Below, one piece after another: positions 1 to 13,620 of a stretch of DNA of 64,000 nt. Position numbers and translations under genes: made by a program. Each line of letters starts with the position of its first letter. Position 1 is the stretch's first letter. Source of the stretch: Chiloscyllium plagiosum (lineage: Eukaryota); assembly GCF_004010195.1 (NCBI RefSeq), contig NC_057719.1, positions 58,606,079 through 58,670,078 on the forward strand, in the 5' to 3' direction. The notes under the pieces were generated by a model that saw only the letters and a list, made by a program, of their open reading frames with translations, had not been told where the DNA came from and did no database searches.

Positions 1-444
1 CCCTTTATAAATCACTGATAAGCTCAAAGGTTTCACATTGTTCAATTACCCTATCCATAATTACAGCTCAAGTAATTTTTCAAGTAATGATGTTTGACAA
101 AGTGCTTTCTTCTCTTGGCATTTGTTCGCACACTAAGGTTTTAGGAAGATTGTACTAATCAGTTGTCCTCTTGTGGATAGTCATCCATAACTGGCAGATT
201 CTCCCACAGCATGTGCAAGTGAAGGTACTGTCCATGCTGGAGACAATTGAATCCAACCTGCTCCTCCTTTTCACTTTCATGCTAGTTCTTTATGCAGTTT
301 GAAAGGTGTCTGTAATGCCTCCAGATAGAAGGTACTTCCCATTGGGCCCAGACAGAAGTGGCGCACAGAAAGGGACTTCTTCAGGGACTCCTTGAAACAT
401 TGGACTCCATTTACCAGTTGACAACTTTCACAATCTTGCAAGGG

Positions 445-655
445 CTCAAAGATGTCTTCTACACAGATCTCCACCCAGAATGTTCCTTCCAAGTATAAAA
501 TTGTCATCCTTGATGATTTCAACAACAGAGATAGCCATGGCAGCCTGGTGTGGAAGGATGTGCTCAGACACCATGGAGTTGGAAACTGCAGTGAAAACAG
601 TTGTAAAATCCCGGAACTCTGCAGAAGAACAGATTCCCTTCTGGCCACACATAAT
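445..655 (+). mobile_element. RTE-clade LINE fragment, APE endonuclease
   Basis: Translation VPSKYKIVILDDFNNRD...VWKDVLRHHGVGNCSENS..IPELC matches the RTE endonuclease pattern (ILGDFNARVG...GRHGVG.CN.NG..LLELC). Confidence 0.75.
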
Positions 656-845
656 CCTGACTTGGAAGTATATTGTTGTTCCTTCATCATCTTGGGATTC
701 CCTTCCCTAACAGCATTGTGGGTGTTCCTACATCGCAAGGGCTGCAGTGTTTTAAGAAGGCAGCTCACCACATGTTGTCCATGGCTATTAGGGATGAGAA
801 ATAAATCCTAACTTCGGTGGTGATGGCCAACATTCCATGATAAAC
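655..845 (+). mobile_element. 3' tail of a CR1-group LINE/SINE (family 'B' here)
   Basis: aagaaggcagctcacca...attagggatgagaaataaat tail recurs at 2170-2270 (-), 6260-6340 (-), 9200-9300 (+) and 21815-21910 (-). Confidence 0.6.
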
Positions 846-1179
846 AAAAAAAAAGTGGCAGAATGGCAGCAAACAATGGGAATAACAGGCAGGTACTCTA
901 ATTGGCAGGAGATAGTTCAGAATGTTAAAGAAGAATCTATGTTAAATCCCCTACTGTTGAATCAAATGATTTATTTGATTAAACTGAAAACCACATACCC
1001 ACTTTTGCTATTGAAGCAAAAATAGTTTGTATCAAAAGCAGTATTTGAAAACACAAAATTGCATCAGGATATTAATGGATTAAATGAATGGTCAAAACTG
1101 TGGCAAATCAATTTGTATAGCATTTACCATGGGAAAAGATATAGAAGCTAGGACATTTGGGAAAATAAATAGTGATGTC

Positions 1180-2165
1180 TTTTTTCGAAGTCACATTAGA
1201 GAGGAGGAGAATTGGAGGTCTTAAAATGCATGAAATTGGATAAATCCCTAATCAATTGTATCCCAGGACATTGTGGGAAGCTAGGGAACAAATTGCACGG
1301 CCCCTAGCAGAGATATCTGTATCATCGATGGCCACAAGTGAGGTGCCGGAAGACTGGTAGGTGGCTAATATTCTGCCATTATTTAAGACAGGCAGCAAGG
1401 AAAAGCTCGGAAACTACAGACTGGTGAGCCTATACAATAGCTCTCACTCGAGAAAAAAATACCACTGAAAATAATGGGACTAAAGGCAAGTACATCCCCC
1501 ATAGCACATAAGTTGCATTCAAGGATTTTAAAGGAAGTAGCTACAGAGATATATTGTGCACTTGTAGTAATTTTCCATGAATTTGTAGATTTTACAAAAT
1601 TTTCAGAGAAGTGGCAAACCACCAATGTAACACCCTTATTCAAAAAGAGAAAAAGACATAAAAAAAGCGAAATAGAAATCAGTTATCTGAATATCTGCCC
1701 TTAGGAAAGCATAAGAATCTATTATAAAGGAAATAATAACAGAATATTTAGAAATACACAATCTAATCATTGGAGATTAGAAGAATGAGAAGTGACCTTA
1801 TCTAAGCATAGAAACTTCTCACTGATTGAGGGAGTGGTAGAGTGGGGAGGAGTGCTTGACAAGGTAGAGGCAAGAGATTGTTTCCCTTCTAGGAGACTCT
1901 GTGACGAGAGGGCATAGTCTCAAAATCACACATTTAAAACAGAGACAGAAAGGAATTTGTTGTCTCAAAGAGTGTGAATCTGTGGAATTATTTAGCACAG
2001 ATCTGGGTGATTCAGTATATTCATGACTGAGGTAGACAGAATTGTAATCAGTAAAGGAAACAAGGATTATGGAGATGACACAGGAAAGGGGAGTTGAGGA
2101 TTGTCAGATCATCCACGAAGTTGTAGAATGACAGAACAGCCTTAATAGCCCAAATGGCCTTTTCT
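1180..2165 (+). mobile_element. Stacked decayed CR1 LINE ORF2 fragments and 3' end
   Basis: VPEDW.VANILPLFK.G.KEK.GNYRLVSL and RILKEVATEI...WQTTNVTPLFKK motifs, followed by CR1-like 3' sequence. Confidence 0.8.
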
Positions 2166-2169
2166 TCAC

Positions 2170-2830
2170 TCACTTGTGAGACATGGGCATCACTGGCTGG
2201 CCAGCATTTGTTGCTTTTACCAAGTTGCCCTTGAGAAGGTGGTGGTGATCTGCCTTCTTGAACTGCAGTCCATGTGCTGTAGGTTGGGAGAGAATTCCAC
2301 AATTTTGACCCAGCAACGCTGCAGGAATGGTGATATAGTTCCAAATCAAGATGGTGAATAGGTTGGAGGGGAACTTGCAAGTGGTGATGTTCTCATATAC
2401 TTGATGCTCTTGTCTTTCTTGATCATCGTGGATTTGGAAGGATCTCTAGTGAACCTCCGCATTGCATCTTATAGATAGTACACACTGCTGCTACTGAACA
2501 TTGGTGGTGGAGGGAGTGGATGCTTGTGGATGGTGCGGATGGAATAGCAAGGGGTGGTTAGATTGCCTTTTATTTGAGATGGTCATTGCCTGGCATTTGT
2601 ATGGTGCAAAAGTTACTCGCCGCTTGTCAACCTAAGCCTGGATATTGTTTAGATCTTGTTGCATTTGAACATGAACTGCTTCAGCATTGGAGGAACCACA
2701 AATGGTGCTGAACATTGTTCAATCATCAGCAAACATCCCTACTTTTGACCTTTTGACGGAAGGAACATCATTGACGATGCAGCTGAAGGTGGTTCAGCCA
2801 ATGACATTACCCTGAGGCATTCCTGTAGAG
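2170..2830 (-). mobile_element. CR1-group LINE (family B) RT fragment plus 3' tail
   Basis: Minus strand reads GMFADD.TMFSTI...VQMQQDLNNIQA...VTFAPYKCQAMTI (RT catalytic FADD); family-B tail at 2170-2270. Confidence 0.75.
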
Positions 2831-3289
2831 ATGAACTGGATCTCCTTTCTTTTATAGTTTATAGATACCAACATGAGCAATCAGAAGCATGTGTCCATCT
2901 GATAACAAAAATGACAAGAGGGCTGCAAGAGTTAAGGGGAACATGGCCAATGTTTTGTTCCAGGACAGTCTTTTGATTAACTTTTCAGTCAGGAACAGTT
3001 GTGTGTATTTCAACTTTGTGATTGGTTCATGGTCAAGTGCTACCGTATTTTCTTTGGGAAATAGAGGAGAAGCTTCTAACATTAAAAGCAAAAGCACCTA
3101 AATCTCTCCTGTGTGGAGAAGTAACAGAAAATCTCCTTGTAGCTATTTTCAATCATCATTTTCCTGTGAATGGCTATCTCAAGATTCTTTAATTGAAAAG
3201 AAAAGGAGAAAAATTATCTACAGAGACACTGAAAGGGCGATTCATTAAACAGTGAATGAAAGACTGGGAATTGGTGTATCTATAATCTC

Positions 3290-3390
3290 TTAGGACACAG
3301 TGGTAATATCTCTACAGCTGGACCAGGAGGAAGTCCCACCTGCAGCAGAACTATATGATAACATCTCTGAACAGATTCATTAGCAAATAT
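3290..3390 (+). mobile_element. Short decayed tRNA-headed SINE-like repeat
   Basis: Similar to the reverse complement of 18756-18872 (cagtggta...aagtccca...tctgaa.caggttgatta). Confidence 0.45.
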
Positions 3391-3713
3391 TTATCAACAA
3401 CCTCTGGTCATTAGCAAAGAATCAGAAGAAATTGGAAAGAAAACAAATAATTGATGTCTATGACCTAAACTGGTGCCAGAACTCTGTCTGTGACGTTTTT
3501 GTCCTTTCCCCACCTATAATATTTCTACCTTGTCTTGTTTCTTTGTGTCTGTTTCTACGTGTATGGAAATCTTTTAAAAAGTATATTAAATGTAATCGAG
3601 TTATAAGCTAGCAATTCATGTTCCTTTCTTCTGTTTTTAAAAACAGTTTGCAACAGGTTAATTTTAAAAATTATCCCTTCTCTTTAAAAAGACCAAAATT
3701 ATCGAGCCTTGGA

Positions 3714-4061
3714 ATAGAATCATTGAATCCCTATAGTGTGGAAACAGGCCTTCGGCCCAACAAGTCCACACCAACCCTCTGAAGAGTAACCTACATAGAC
3801 CCATTCCCTTATCCTATATTTATCCCTGACTAATGCACCTAACCTACACATCCCTTGAACACTATGGGCAATTTACAAGGCCAATTCACCTAACCTGCAC
3901 ATCTTTGGATTGTGGAAAGAAACCAGAGCACCCAGAGGAAACCCATGCAGATATGAGGAGAATGTGCAGACTCCACCCAGGCAGTCACCCGAGGCCAGAA
4001 TCGAACCCGGGTCCCTGGCGTCATGAGGCAGCAGTGCTAAATGCTGAGCCACCGTGCTGCC
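3714..4061 (-). mobile_element. HE1-type V-SINE, full length
   Basis: tRNA-like head (A-box-like tggctcagcattt, B box ggttcgattc), V-SINE core (tgggtttcctctgggtgctctggtttc) and CR1-derived tail; homologous to 43640-43955 and 52354-52664. Confidence 0.85.
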
Positions 4062-4987
4062 ACTGAACATCACACCTTCCTTGAGTCAACAAAGATTATT
4101 AGTTACTAAACATGAGAAGAATTAGTAATGCAGTACACATAGACATGGATTAAAATAAGAGATAGGATCCAAAATAAGTTATGTGGATCAGTTTCTACAT
4201 TACTTGTGAATAGCAAATCAGATTATGTTATGGCCATTATTGTGTTGAATAGGTGGCAAGATTATTTTTGATATTCTTAGTTTTGCAGGCAGATGAAAGT
4301 TTCTTTGTCCAAGTTTCTTTTAGAACTATGCACTCAGATTGACAGAGAGTCTTCTTGGACCTGCAACACAGGTGTAACTAGGGAATAGTTTTTCAACTGT
4401 GATATTCAAAGCACCTTAGTATTCATAGCCTGGATGGTGCTTATAAGAGCTTTCAGTCCCACTAGTCCACTCTAGTAGAGTTGAAATTGACTTTGAACCC
4501 CTGTTCTTGCATATTCCTGGAGTAAAATTAAAGACATTTCTGAAAAAGGTGGCTTTCTGCTGAGAAGAGAGAAGATACTCAGCCCTCTCTCTTGTTAAGT
4601 GTCTTTAAGTGTTCCTGTAGAACTCCTCTTTTTGAAACCGACACATTTTGATATTAAAAGGAAAATAATTTTATAAATACTTCCATTGTCTCTGATTGGC
4701 CAAGGCATTGCCATTAAGAAAGCAAAGGGAAGTGAGAGGCTCCCCCCCCCCGCCGCCACTTCCTGGTTAATCTACCTTGTGTCAGTGAGTCCTGTTATGA
4801 CCTTGACTGATTATATTAAATTGATGTATAGTGAGGATTGCTCAGAAAGTGCTACTCAATCCAGAATCACATTTGGTAGTAGATATTTCATCTGGATATG
4901 GTAAGCACAGCTTGATGGAACCTGTATGCAACCAGTATGCAACCTGTCCCCAAACTCCAAAAGAACATGCTGATTGAGTTGATCAGA

Positions 4988-5151
4988 GTTGAGATTAGAG
5001 TGGCGCTGGAAAAGCACAGTAGGTCAGGCAGCATCCGCCCGAAACGTCGATTTTCCTACTCCTCGGATGCTGCCTGACCTGATATGCTTTTCCAGCGCCA
5101 CTCTAATCTAGACTCTGATTTCCAGCATTTGCAGTCCTCACTTTTGCCTCT
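4988..5151. mobile_element. PLE-derived fold-back mini-element, family A
   Basis: Inverted arms agattagagtggcgctggaaaagca...gcatccg / cggatgc...ttttccagcgccactctaatct; 14-bp direct repeat ttgagttgatcaga at 4974-4987 and 5152-5165. Confidence 0.8.
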
Positions 5152-5639
5152 TTGAGTTGATCAGACAATCATGTTGAACCATATTGCCAGCATACATGGC
5201 ATTACACGACACAGAATTTTGTAACCAAGTTTCTCAATTATGGGACAGTCATAACAACTTATGCAAGAATTGCAGCAGCCTGTTACTGCAATGAACCACA
5301 ATATAGTCATTGTGACAGTGTGAAACAGCACTTTTAAGCTGTTGCTCAATTTTTTTGACATAAATTGCCTTTCCAAGGTGATTTGGCAAAGACAAGCATC
5401 TTTTTTAAAATGCAAATGGTGGTATTTGATGCATTTACCAGTTAATGCTATTTTAAATAATAAACGATAATTTGATCAGAATAGCCTTTCTCCTGCAGAG
5501 TGGTTTTGAACTACCTGTTTTTGTATCAAACTTGCAAAGTGAGTAAATGGTTTGGGTTCTATTTACAAGATTTCTAATGAATTCATTCTTGTAATGCACG
5601 AGCTATACAAATCATACATGCAAGGTTTTCTAGCCAGCA

Positions 5640-6600
5640 CAGATGTCATTGAGCAGTGAGTGTATGCTGATGGAGTTAGCATAATCCAGGACCTCTGAGT
5701 TGCTGATCTTGTCCTGCTATGAGATGCAAAGGATATGTCAGAGGTGGCATAGGTGGGAACTGTTCAGCTTTTTGTCCTGGCTAGCACATTTTCCAGGTGT
5801 CACCACTATAAAAAGGGGCCTTGAAAATGCAGGCTTGGTAGGTTCTGAGTTTGGCATTCTCAGTTAAATTGCTGATGTGCCACACACTCCTACACAGTTT
5901 GTATGTATCTGCAGTGTTTCCAATGCATGTGTTGATTTCAGCATCAGGTGATTGTGGAACCTTGAAATGTGAAGCTATCAACAATTTCATGCATCACAAG
6001 CTTTAAATGCTGATAGGCAACTTTCTGACAACACCCTGGACTGAAACATTTCTCTTCCGATGCTGATGATGCAACTAAACTCTTTACTGGTGCGCTTGCC
6101 TCTGCAGCGGCTCCTGAATTTGAATGTAGTGTAGCATTGTCAGGGTAAAGCAAATCCCTGGCGAGTATACAGTGTAACTTTGTTTTGGATTTTAGATGTG
6201 TTCAGATATGTAAGTAGATGCCCTCTGTGGATGGCCTGATGACATTTTCTTTGCTGTTTATTCATGGAATGTGAGCATCACTGGCTGGGCCACCATTTAT
6301 TGCCCATCATAATTGCCCAGATGGCGCTGAGCTGCTTTCTTGACAACATCAAAAAGATGAATATGCCAAAGAGAGTCAGCACCAGAACACAACCTTGTTT
6401 GACCCTTGTTTGCATACCTCAAGTGGTTCCAGTGGTACTGTATTATAGCTGACTTTGCCTACCATGTTGTCATGGAGAAAGTAGAACACACGGAGCTGTT
6501 TCGGCAGGCAGACAATTTTCGGCAGCTGCTTAAATCGACCAACTCAGCTGTCATATTTGAAGGCCTTAGTGATAGCAATGAAAGGAATATTTAGCCATCG
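5640..6600 (-). mobile_element. RTE-clade LINE RT fragment (interrupted)
   Basis: Minus-strand RVKQGCVLVLTLFGIF, LLYPDNATL (decayed LFADDAAL) and LTENAKLRTYQACI..FYSGDTW are RTE RT motifs. Confidence 0.75.
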
Positions 6601-6629
6601 CCTTTGTTCATAGTATTATTTTTCATGTG

Positions 6630-7610
6630 CTGGCAAGCATCCAATTGTCTTTGAGATGATAGAAATGAGCCACTTTCTTGAATCCCTGCAGTTCATGGAA
6701 TATACTTCTAGTTTTATTAGGGAAGGAATTCTAGGATTTTGACCCAGTGACAGTAAACAAAAATTTCAAGTCAGGATGGTGTGTGATTAGGTGGAGAATT
6801 CATGCAACTGTTGCCCTTTTGAGTACTAGAAGTTGCAGGTTTGGAATGCGCTGTTAAAAAAGCCGAGATGTGTTGGTGCAATGCATCTTGTAGTACACTG
6901 CTATCACTGTGGACCAATGGGGATCTTGTATCGATGAAGCAGGCATGTTATGTTTTTCCTGCACATAAGCTGCTTTATACTGGAAGGTGTTGTTTCTTGA
7001 GTGGTTTGGATCTGCACTGATCCATGGAAATGGAGAGTATTCCATCACACTCCTGGCTTAGTGGCACTAGGGAGACAGGACGTGAGTACCCCCATAGAAT
7101 TCCCAATCTCTGAGTGCTCTTGTAGTCATAGGATTTATATTGCTAGCCTATTTAATTTTCTGGTCAGTGATAACCCCCAGTGATAATCCTGAGGGTTATT
7201 GCCATTGAATGTCAAGGAGCCATTGCTGGCTTCTCTTTTGTTGGAGACTGTTATTGCCTGGAACTGTGTGATGTAAACATTACTTGCCAAATGTTAACAT
7301 AAGCCTGGATGCTTTTGGGCAGGATGTGGCTGGGCAGGGTTCCATATTATCAGGTTGATGCTCATGACTAAATGTGCTGGAAAAGCTAGGCTAGGAACCT
7401 GAATACTTCTAGAACATAATTATTCAATACTCTTTTCAGAATGTTGTCAAGGCCCATCACCTTTATAGTGTCCAGTGCCTTCAGCAATATCTTTATATTG
7501 AATGGAATGAACCTAACTGAAAGACAACTGGCATCTGTGACACTGAGGCTCTCAGGAGGAGACATATATAGATTGTCCACTCAGCATTTTTGGATGCAAA
7601 TGCTTCGGCT
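6630..7610 (-). mobile_element. CR1-group LINE family B, decayed ORF2
   Basis: MEYSPFPWISA and LKALDTIKVMGLDNILKRVL on the minus strand; nucleotide similarity to 2170-2830. Confidence 0.65.
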
Positions 7611-9080
7611 TTATCTTTTGATGTGCTTGTTAAATAAGCATCATAACCTAATGTCAATTTTCTGCTTTTTCCCATACCCTTGCACATTTTTTATTTGAAT
7701 AATCATCCAACTCTCTCTTAAATGCCTCAATTGAATCCTGCCTCCACCACAAATCCAGGCAGTACATTCCCTAATTACTGCTGGTTAAAAATGGTTTTCC
7801 TCACTTTACTTTTGCTTCTTTTGCAGCTAACGTAAAATCTATGTCCTCTTGTTTTTGTTCTTTTTACGTGCAGGAACAGTTTCTCCCTGGCTAGTCTACA
7901 CAGCCCACACATGGTTTTGAAAAACTTGGTCAGATCTCCTCTTAGCCACTATATTTCCAAGGAGAACACTCTAAATTTCTTCAGTCTGTCCTCATAAATG
8001 AAGTTTCTTATCCTTGGAAACTAGGTTTCTGCACTCTCTCTAATGCATTCATATTGTTTTTCCTGTAATTGGTGCCCAGAACTATACATAATACTCCAGC
8101 TGATGCCTGACATGTACCTTGTACAAGTTTAACATCACTTCCTTGCTTGAATATTCTCTGCCACTATTAATAAAACTGAGGATACTCTATGCTTTACTTT
8201 CTGCTTCCTCCATCTTCCCTGTCACTTTCAGTAATGTGTGCACATGTGCAACCAGGCCCTGCCATTCCTGCACACTACTAAGAATTGTACCCTGTATTTT
8301 ATATTGTGTTTCAATGCTCTTCCTAACAAAATGCTCCATCTCATATTTCTCTGCATTGAAACTCATCTGCCACCATTTGTCCACTCCGCCAACTTGTCTA
8401 TGTCCTTGTGGAGTTCAAGACTGTCCTCACAGTTTACAATTCTTTCAAGTTTTGTGTCATCTGCAAACTTTGAAATTGTCCCTGTCTGCCATAATCTAGA
8501 TCATTCATACATATCAGGAAAATCATGGGTCCCAACACAAACATTCCTCCAGCCCCAGAAAAATTCATTGATCATTACTCTGTTTCTTTTGTATTTTGTA
8601 CTCACGTTCCCACCAACCCGTTTGTTCTTTGACCTATAAATTTACTCACAAGTCTATTATGTAGCACTGTATTGAATGCCTTCTGAAAGTGCATGTGCAC
8701 CACATCAACAATGTTAACCACATTGAACATTACACTTCAGAACTCTATGCTGGCTCTTCCTAATCAAACCCCTTTTTTCAATGTAACTACCAATTCTATC
8801 CCAAATAATTGTTTCTTGAAGTTTCCAAATCCGGAAGATAACTGGTTAGTTTGTAATAATAACGTCTCTTGAACAAGGCCGTAACATTGCATTTCTCTCT
8901 GGCACATCCCCCGAGTCTCGTGAAGACTGAAAGATCTTGGCCATTTCAATCCTAACTTAATTTAAAATCTTTGGATACAACTCATCCAGTTCTGATGCTT
9001 TGCTCAAGTTTAAGTACCAACACTTCTGCTCTGACTGACCACTTTTATGACTGAGTTCAGTTTTCTGTCACCAAGGCCTG
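7610..9080 (-). mobile_element. CR1 LINE ORF2, decayed
   Basis: DKWWQMSFNAEKYE..HF and SKFADDTKL on the minus strand; CR1 3' region toward 7650. Confidence 0.8.
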
Positions 9081-10419
9081 GGTAGCAAATCTCTCAATAT
9101 CACTTGCTTTTGTTGCTTATCATTCCTTCACTTTCACTGCATCACAATTCCGGAGCTCCATCCTAACTGCACTGTGAATATAACTGCAAAAAATGGATTA
9201 CAGCCATTTAAGAATGGCTCGTAACAACTTTCTCCAGTGCAATTAGGGATGAGCAATAAATATTGGCCTGGGCAGTCATGTTCATATCCCATGAACAAAT
9301 TTAAAAATTAATCAGTACAGGAATATAATTCATAACTGCTGTCTCTTACATTGTGTTAATGCTCTACAGTGAAACTGGAGTCTCCTCTCTAAAGCACAAG
9401 TCTGGCTACTCATTATCAGGATCCTCTCTTGACCTCCCTGGTTGAGTTCAAAGGAATGCAAGCATTAGGTTTTGCACTGGCTTAGTTGCAAAGTCTATAG
9501 GAAAACTACAAATTTGTAATAAATATGATAACTACTGCTTTTCTTTTGTTTGTGATTTGGTGATGTGTTGTTTATGCTTTTCTACTTTGTGATGCAACTA
9601 AATGGAAACAATAATTATGCAGTAATTATATTATTTATAATTATTACAGTTTTAAGAACCTATAAGGATTTTAAGGCTAATTCATACACTGGAGAAGCAA
9701 CATTTATTACTTTAGGTGTTCAAAAATTAAAACAGTTGAAATGATTGAAAAACAATTAATGAATAATTCAGTTGATTATAAATCAAGGATATTTCAGCTG
9801 TTACGTCTATTTTTCTTATGATTACTTTGTATTTTGCTTAAGGGAATGTTTGTATCAAACTCTTGTGTAAATTATATTTCAGCTAACTTATTCCTGATAT
9901 TTAATCATTAACGAACTGACGTCTCCTGTTACTCTGGTAACTTTGTGTTGCTTGTAGCAGTTGCCTGGCGATCTCTTTCTATTGCAAGTTTATATCAAGC
10001 AATACCTAGAATTTTATGACATTTCAAAAAGATCTCTTATCGTGCTGTCACCTTTATGGCACTTCACTCATCCTTTCGTCTTTGATCTTCACTAACTTCA
10101 CAGCCTAATATTGTATATCAGGAGGCTTTTTTAAATTGAAGTCTCTCATACACATAGATTGCCACAGGTCAGCTAAAATCTCCAATTCAGGTTTTAAGTA
10201 AACGCTCATGGTTACATTGCTGAGTTTAAGTAATGTGGCCATCAGAAATAACATGCAAATAAAGTCTCTTTCTACCTAAAGGGGACAAGCTCAAGTTATC
10301 TGACTCACATTATTCACCTATCTCTCTAGTTATTCTGAGTGCTTCTTAAATGTTATCCATGTGAAAAACAAAATATGTTTTTACATTACAAGATTATTAT
10401 TATCATCATCATCACCATC

Positions 10420-10800
10420 ATTTAGGGGACCTAGATGTCCTGCATGAATCACAGTTAACATGCAGGTACAGCAAGCAATTTAGAAAGTCAATCATATTTT
10501 AGCCTTCATTACAAAAGGATGGCATATAATATTGAAGAAATCTTAGTGCAATTATAAAGGGCCTCAGTGAGTCCTTGCTGAAAAAATATGTGTAGTTATG
10601 GTCTCCTCACCCAAGGAAAGATTTATTTGCTTCAATGAAAGTTCATCAGACCAAATCTTTGGTTGAAGTATTGAGAACATTGAATATACTTCATAGAACT
10701 TAGGAGAATAAAAGGGAATATCATTGAAATGCACAAAAATCTTAAGGAACTTCACTGAATACATTATGATTCCTCTTGTTGTGGAATCTAGGGATAGAAC
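10420..10800 (+). mobile_element. Old CR1 LINE fragment
   Basis: gacctagatgtcc...catgcaggtacagcaagcaatt (DL.V...MQVQQAI) CR1 motif. Confidence 0.6.
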
Positions 10801-12197
10801 CAATGGTCCAGATCTTCTCATATTGGAAGAGACCTCCAACTGCACTAACACCTTAGGATCCTGACAGAGTCCCAGTGTAGCACTTATGTGGGAAGTTAAA
10901 GCTTCTGATTCCAGTTTTACCCTGCCTAGATTTGTTCTGTGATTGCCAAATCACACAGACTTGGGCTGTTTGCCCAAAATTTATCATGCTTTTTACATGG
11001 ATTTACTTTGATTCTTCATAGCTGGTCTGTTTGCTGAGCATCATGACTTCTAAAACAGCTGAGTGTCAATGCATTCCAGTACCCACAGCACTCTCCATAT
11101 GGCAATGTTCATCATCTCCAGCACTCTTCCCCCACCCTAAGGGCATTGCTCAATTCCCATGCCAGAATAAAGTTGGTGCTCACCATCACACCACTGACTG
11201 ATCCAGAGACCTCAGCCTCTACCTCATTCCAGACCATTGTTCAGAATTACCCCTTCCCTCCTGACTCACTTTCAGCAATGCATGGCTCACATTTAACTGT
11301 GTCAGACAAAACAGTTTGCATTGTTTGTTTGTGTGTCTCTGAGAGTGTGAGAATGAGTGAGTGGGAAGAATGGCTGGCGTGTAGTTGAGCTTTCTTGTGG
11401 GTTAAGGGAGAGAGGACTCTGTAAAGGGGCAGGGGTAATTACTCAGTGCAGGAAGTGAGAGATCATCTGCATTGGTAAGGTGAGGAATTTGATAACTGGA
11501 GTAGAGTGAGTAGGAGGAGATTACTGTTGGGGCTGATGGGGGTGCTTGACATTGGAGGTGGGGGCTATAATCATCCACTTGTTTAAATTCTTTCAAGGCT
11601 TGGACTTGTTATTTTCTTATAGAAGTGCTATAGGACTCCAAGCTCTCCAAACCTCTGAACAGAAATCCTCATCATATTTTTAAAAACTTGAAAAAAATAC
11701 ATACTTCAAGTGGTTATATTGAACAAATCTTCTCGTGCATTGCCTTAACTTCAGTCTGTCTCGAAATACCAACTTTTCTTTCCCAAGATTTCTATCTTCA
11801 TTTCTGTCACATCTGTTGATACCTCTCATTGCACATGATGCACAGCTCCTGGCTTTAGTTGCACTACATAAATAACCTCAAATAAGAAACTAATATTTTC
11901 TGAAAAATCTGCGTGTGTGTACTTAGACCATGATGTACTATCTAAGAGTTTAGCTCTCAGTATTTACATAGGATGTTCATTCTACTGGCTGAAACAAATC
12001 AAAAGGAAGATTCGCTTCTGTTGCAGAGTGTAACTGCAAGCGCGCAGTGCATGAAATTTGCACTCCAAAACTATGAACCAATGAGAATGTAAATATAAAA
12101 CTATCTCAAGTTATTTAAAACTTAAATGTTTCTTCCCAAAATGTTTCAACTAGAAAATTCAGTCAGAATGTGAGGGATCATGGGTCACAATGGTAGT

Positions 12198-12330
12198 ACA
12201 AAGTTGTGACCACCTGATGAAGGAGCAGCGCTCTGAAAGCAAGTGCTTCCAAATAAACCTGTTGGACTATAACCTGGTGTTGTGTGATTTTTAACTTTGT
12301 ACATCCCAGTCCAACACTGGCATCTCCAAA
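12198..12330 (+). mobile_element. PLE-derived mini-element, family B, hammerhead-like
   Basis: CAC-CTGATGA-A-GGAGC-AGC-GCTCT-GAAAG-CAA-GTG at 12211-12245; 13-bp direct repeat tcacaatggtagt at 12185-12197 and 12331-12343. Confidence 0.8.
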
Positions 12331-12629
12331 TCACAATGGTAGTGTACTGGAAATTAAGCCATTGGTATTCCTGGAGTGGCCACAAAAGTTAAAAATTTTA
12401 TCAAAGAATGCAAAATCCCTAATTTTTCTGTTGGATAGGTCCAGATGAACAGAAAGCATGGATCAGTTTTCTGCACTTAACAAGAATCACACTTCGTTAG
12501 AAATAAATAATTTCTAACTCAAGGTAAACTATGAATTGTTGATATATAAGTTTGCCAGTTAAAATTCTAACCCACTTCAAAAATCTATGCACATGATCAC
12601 TGAATGGATTTTTAAAACTGGCTAGATGA

Positions 12630-13620
12630 CATTAAACAAAAAGTAGGAATAAACGGGTCATTTTCTGAGTCGCAGCCAGTGACTAGCAGGGAAACCACAA
12701 GGATCAGTGCTTAGACCCCAGCTATTCACAATATATACTAGAGATTTAGATGAGGGAACTAAATGTAATATCTCCCAAGTTTGCAGATGACACAAAGATA
12801 GATGGGAGGGTTAAATTTGAGGAGGACGCAGAGATACTTCAGTGTGATTTGGGCAACTTGAGTGAGTAGGCAAATGCATAGCAGATACAATATAATGTGA
12901 CAGCGAAAACAGAACAAATGATTATTCTCTGAATGGCAATAGTGTCATTGGGTGTCATTGTTCACCGGTTGCTGAAAGTAAACATGCAGGTTTAACAAAC
13001 AGCAAGAAGGCTTGTTAGCCATCATATTGAGAGGTTTTGTGCACAGGAGCAGGGATGCCTTGCTGAAATTGTACAGGGCCTTGGTGAGGCCATACATGGA
13101 CTACTTTGTGCAGTTTTGGTCTCTTGTTTGAGGAAGGATGTTCTGGCTATGGAGAGAGTGTAATAAGGATTTACCAGACTGATTCCTAGGATGGCGAGAC
13201 TGACATATGAAACAAATCTGAATTGGTTAGAACTATATGTATTGGGTTTGGAAGAATGAGGAAGGGACTCATAGAGAACTATAAAATTCTAACAGGACGA
13301 GCAGGATAACTACAGGATGGATATTCCTGATGACTAGGGAGTCTAGAACCAAGGATCAGTCACAGTTTAAAGAAATGAGCTAGCCCATTTTAACACTGAG
13401 ACGAGGGTGGTGAGCCTGTGAAATTCACTGCCACAAAAGTTGGTTTTGGCCAAAACATTGAATGTTATCAAAAATGAGATAGCTATAGTTCTTGGGACTG
13501 AAGGGATAAAAGGGTATGGGGTGCAAGTGGGATCAGGTCACTTAGTTGGATGATCAACCATGATCATATTGAATGGCAAAGCAGACTTGAATGGCCAACT
13601 CCTGTCCCTATTTTCGATGA
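12630..13620 (+). mobile_element. CR1 LINE RT-to-3' end, decayed
   Basis: PQGSVL.P, KFADDTK and LYRALVRP...VQFWS motifs; CR1 3' terminus near 13600. Confidence 0.85.

Noticed and set aside
277..771. 164-aa minus-strand ORF
   Set aside because: Antisense to an RTE endonuclease fragment and LINE tail; no recognisable protein features.
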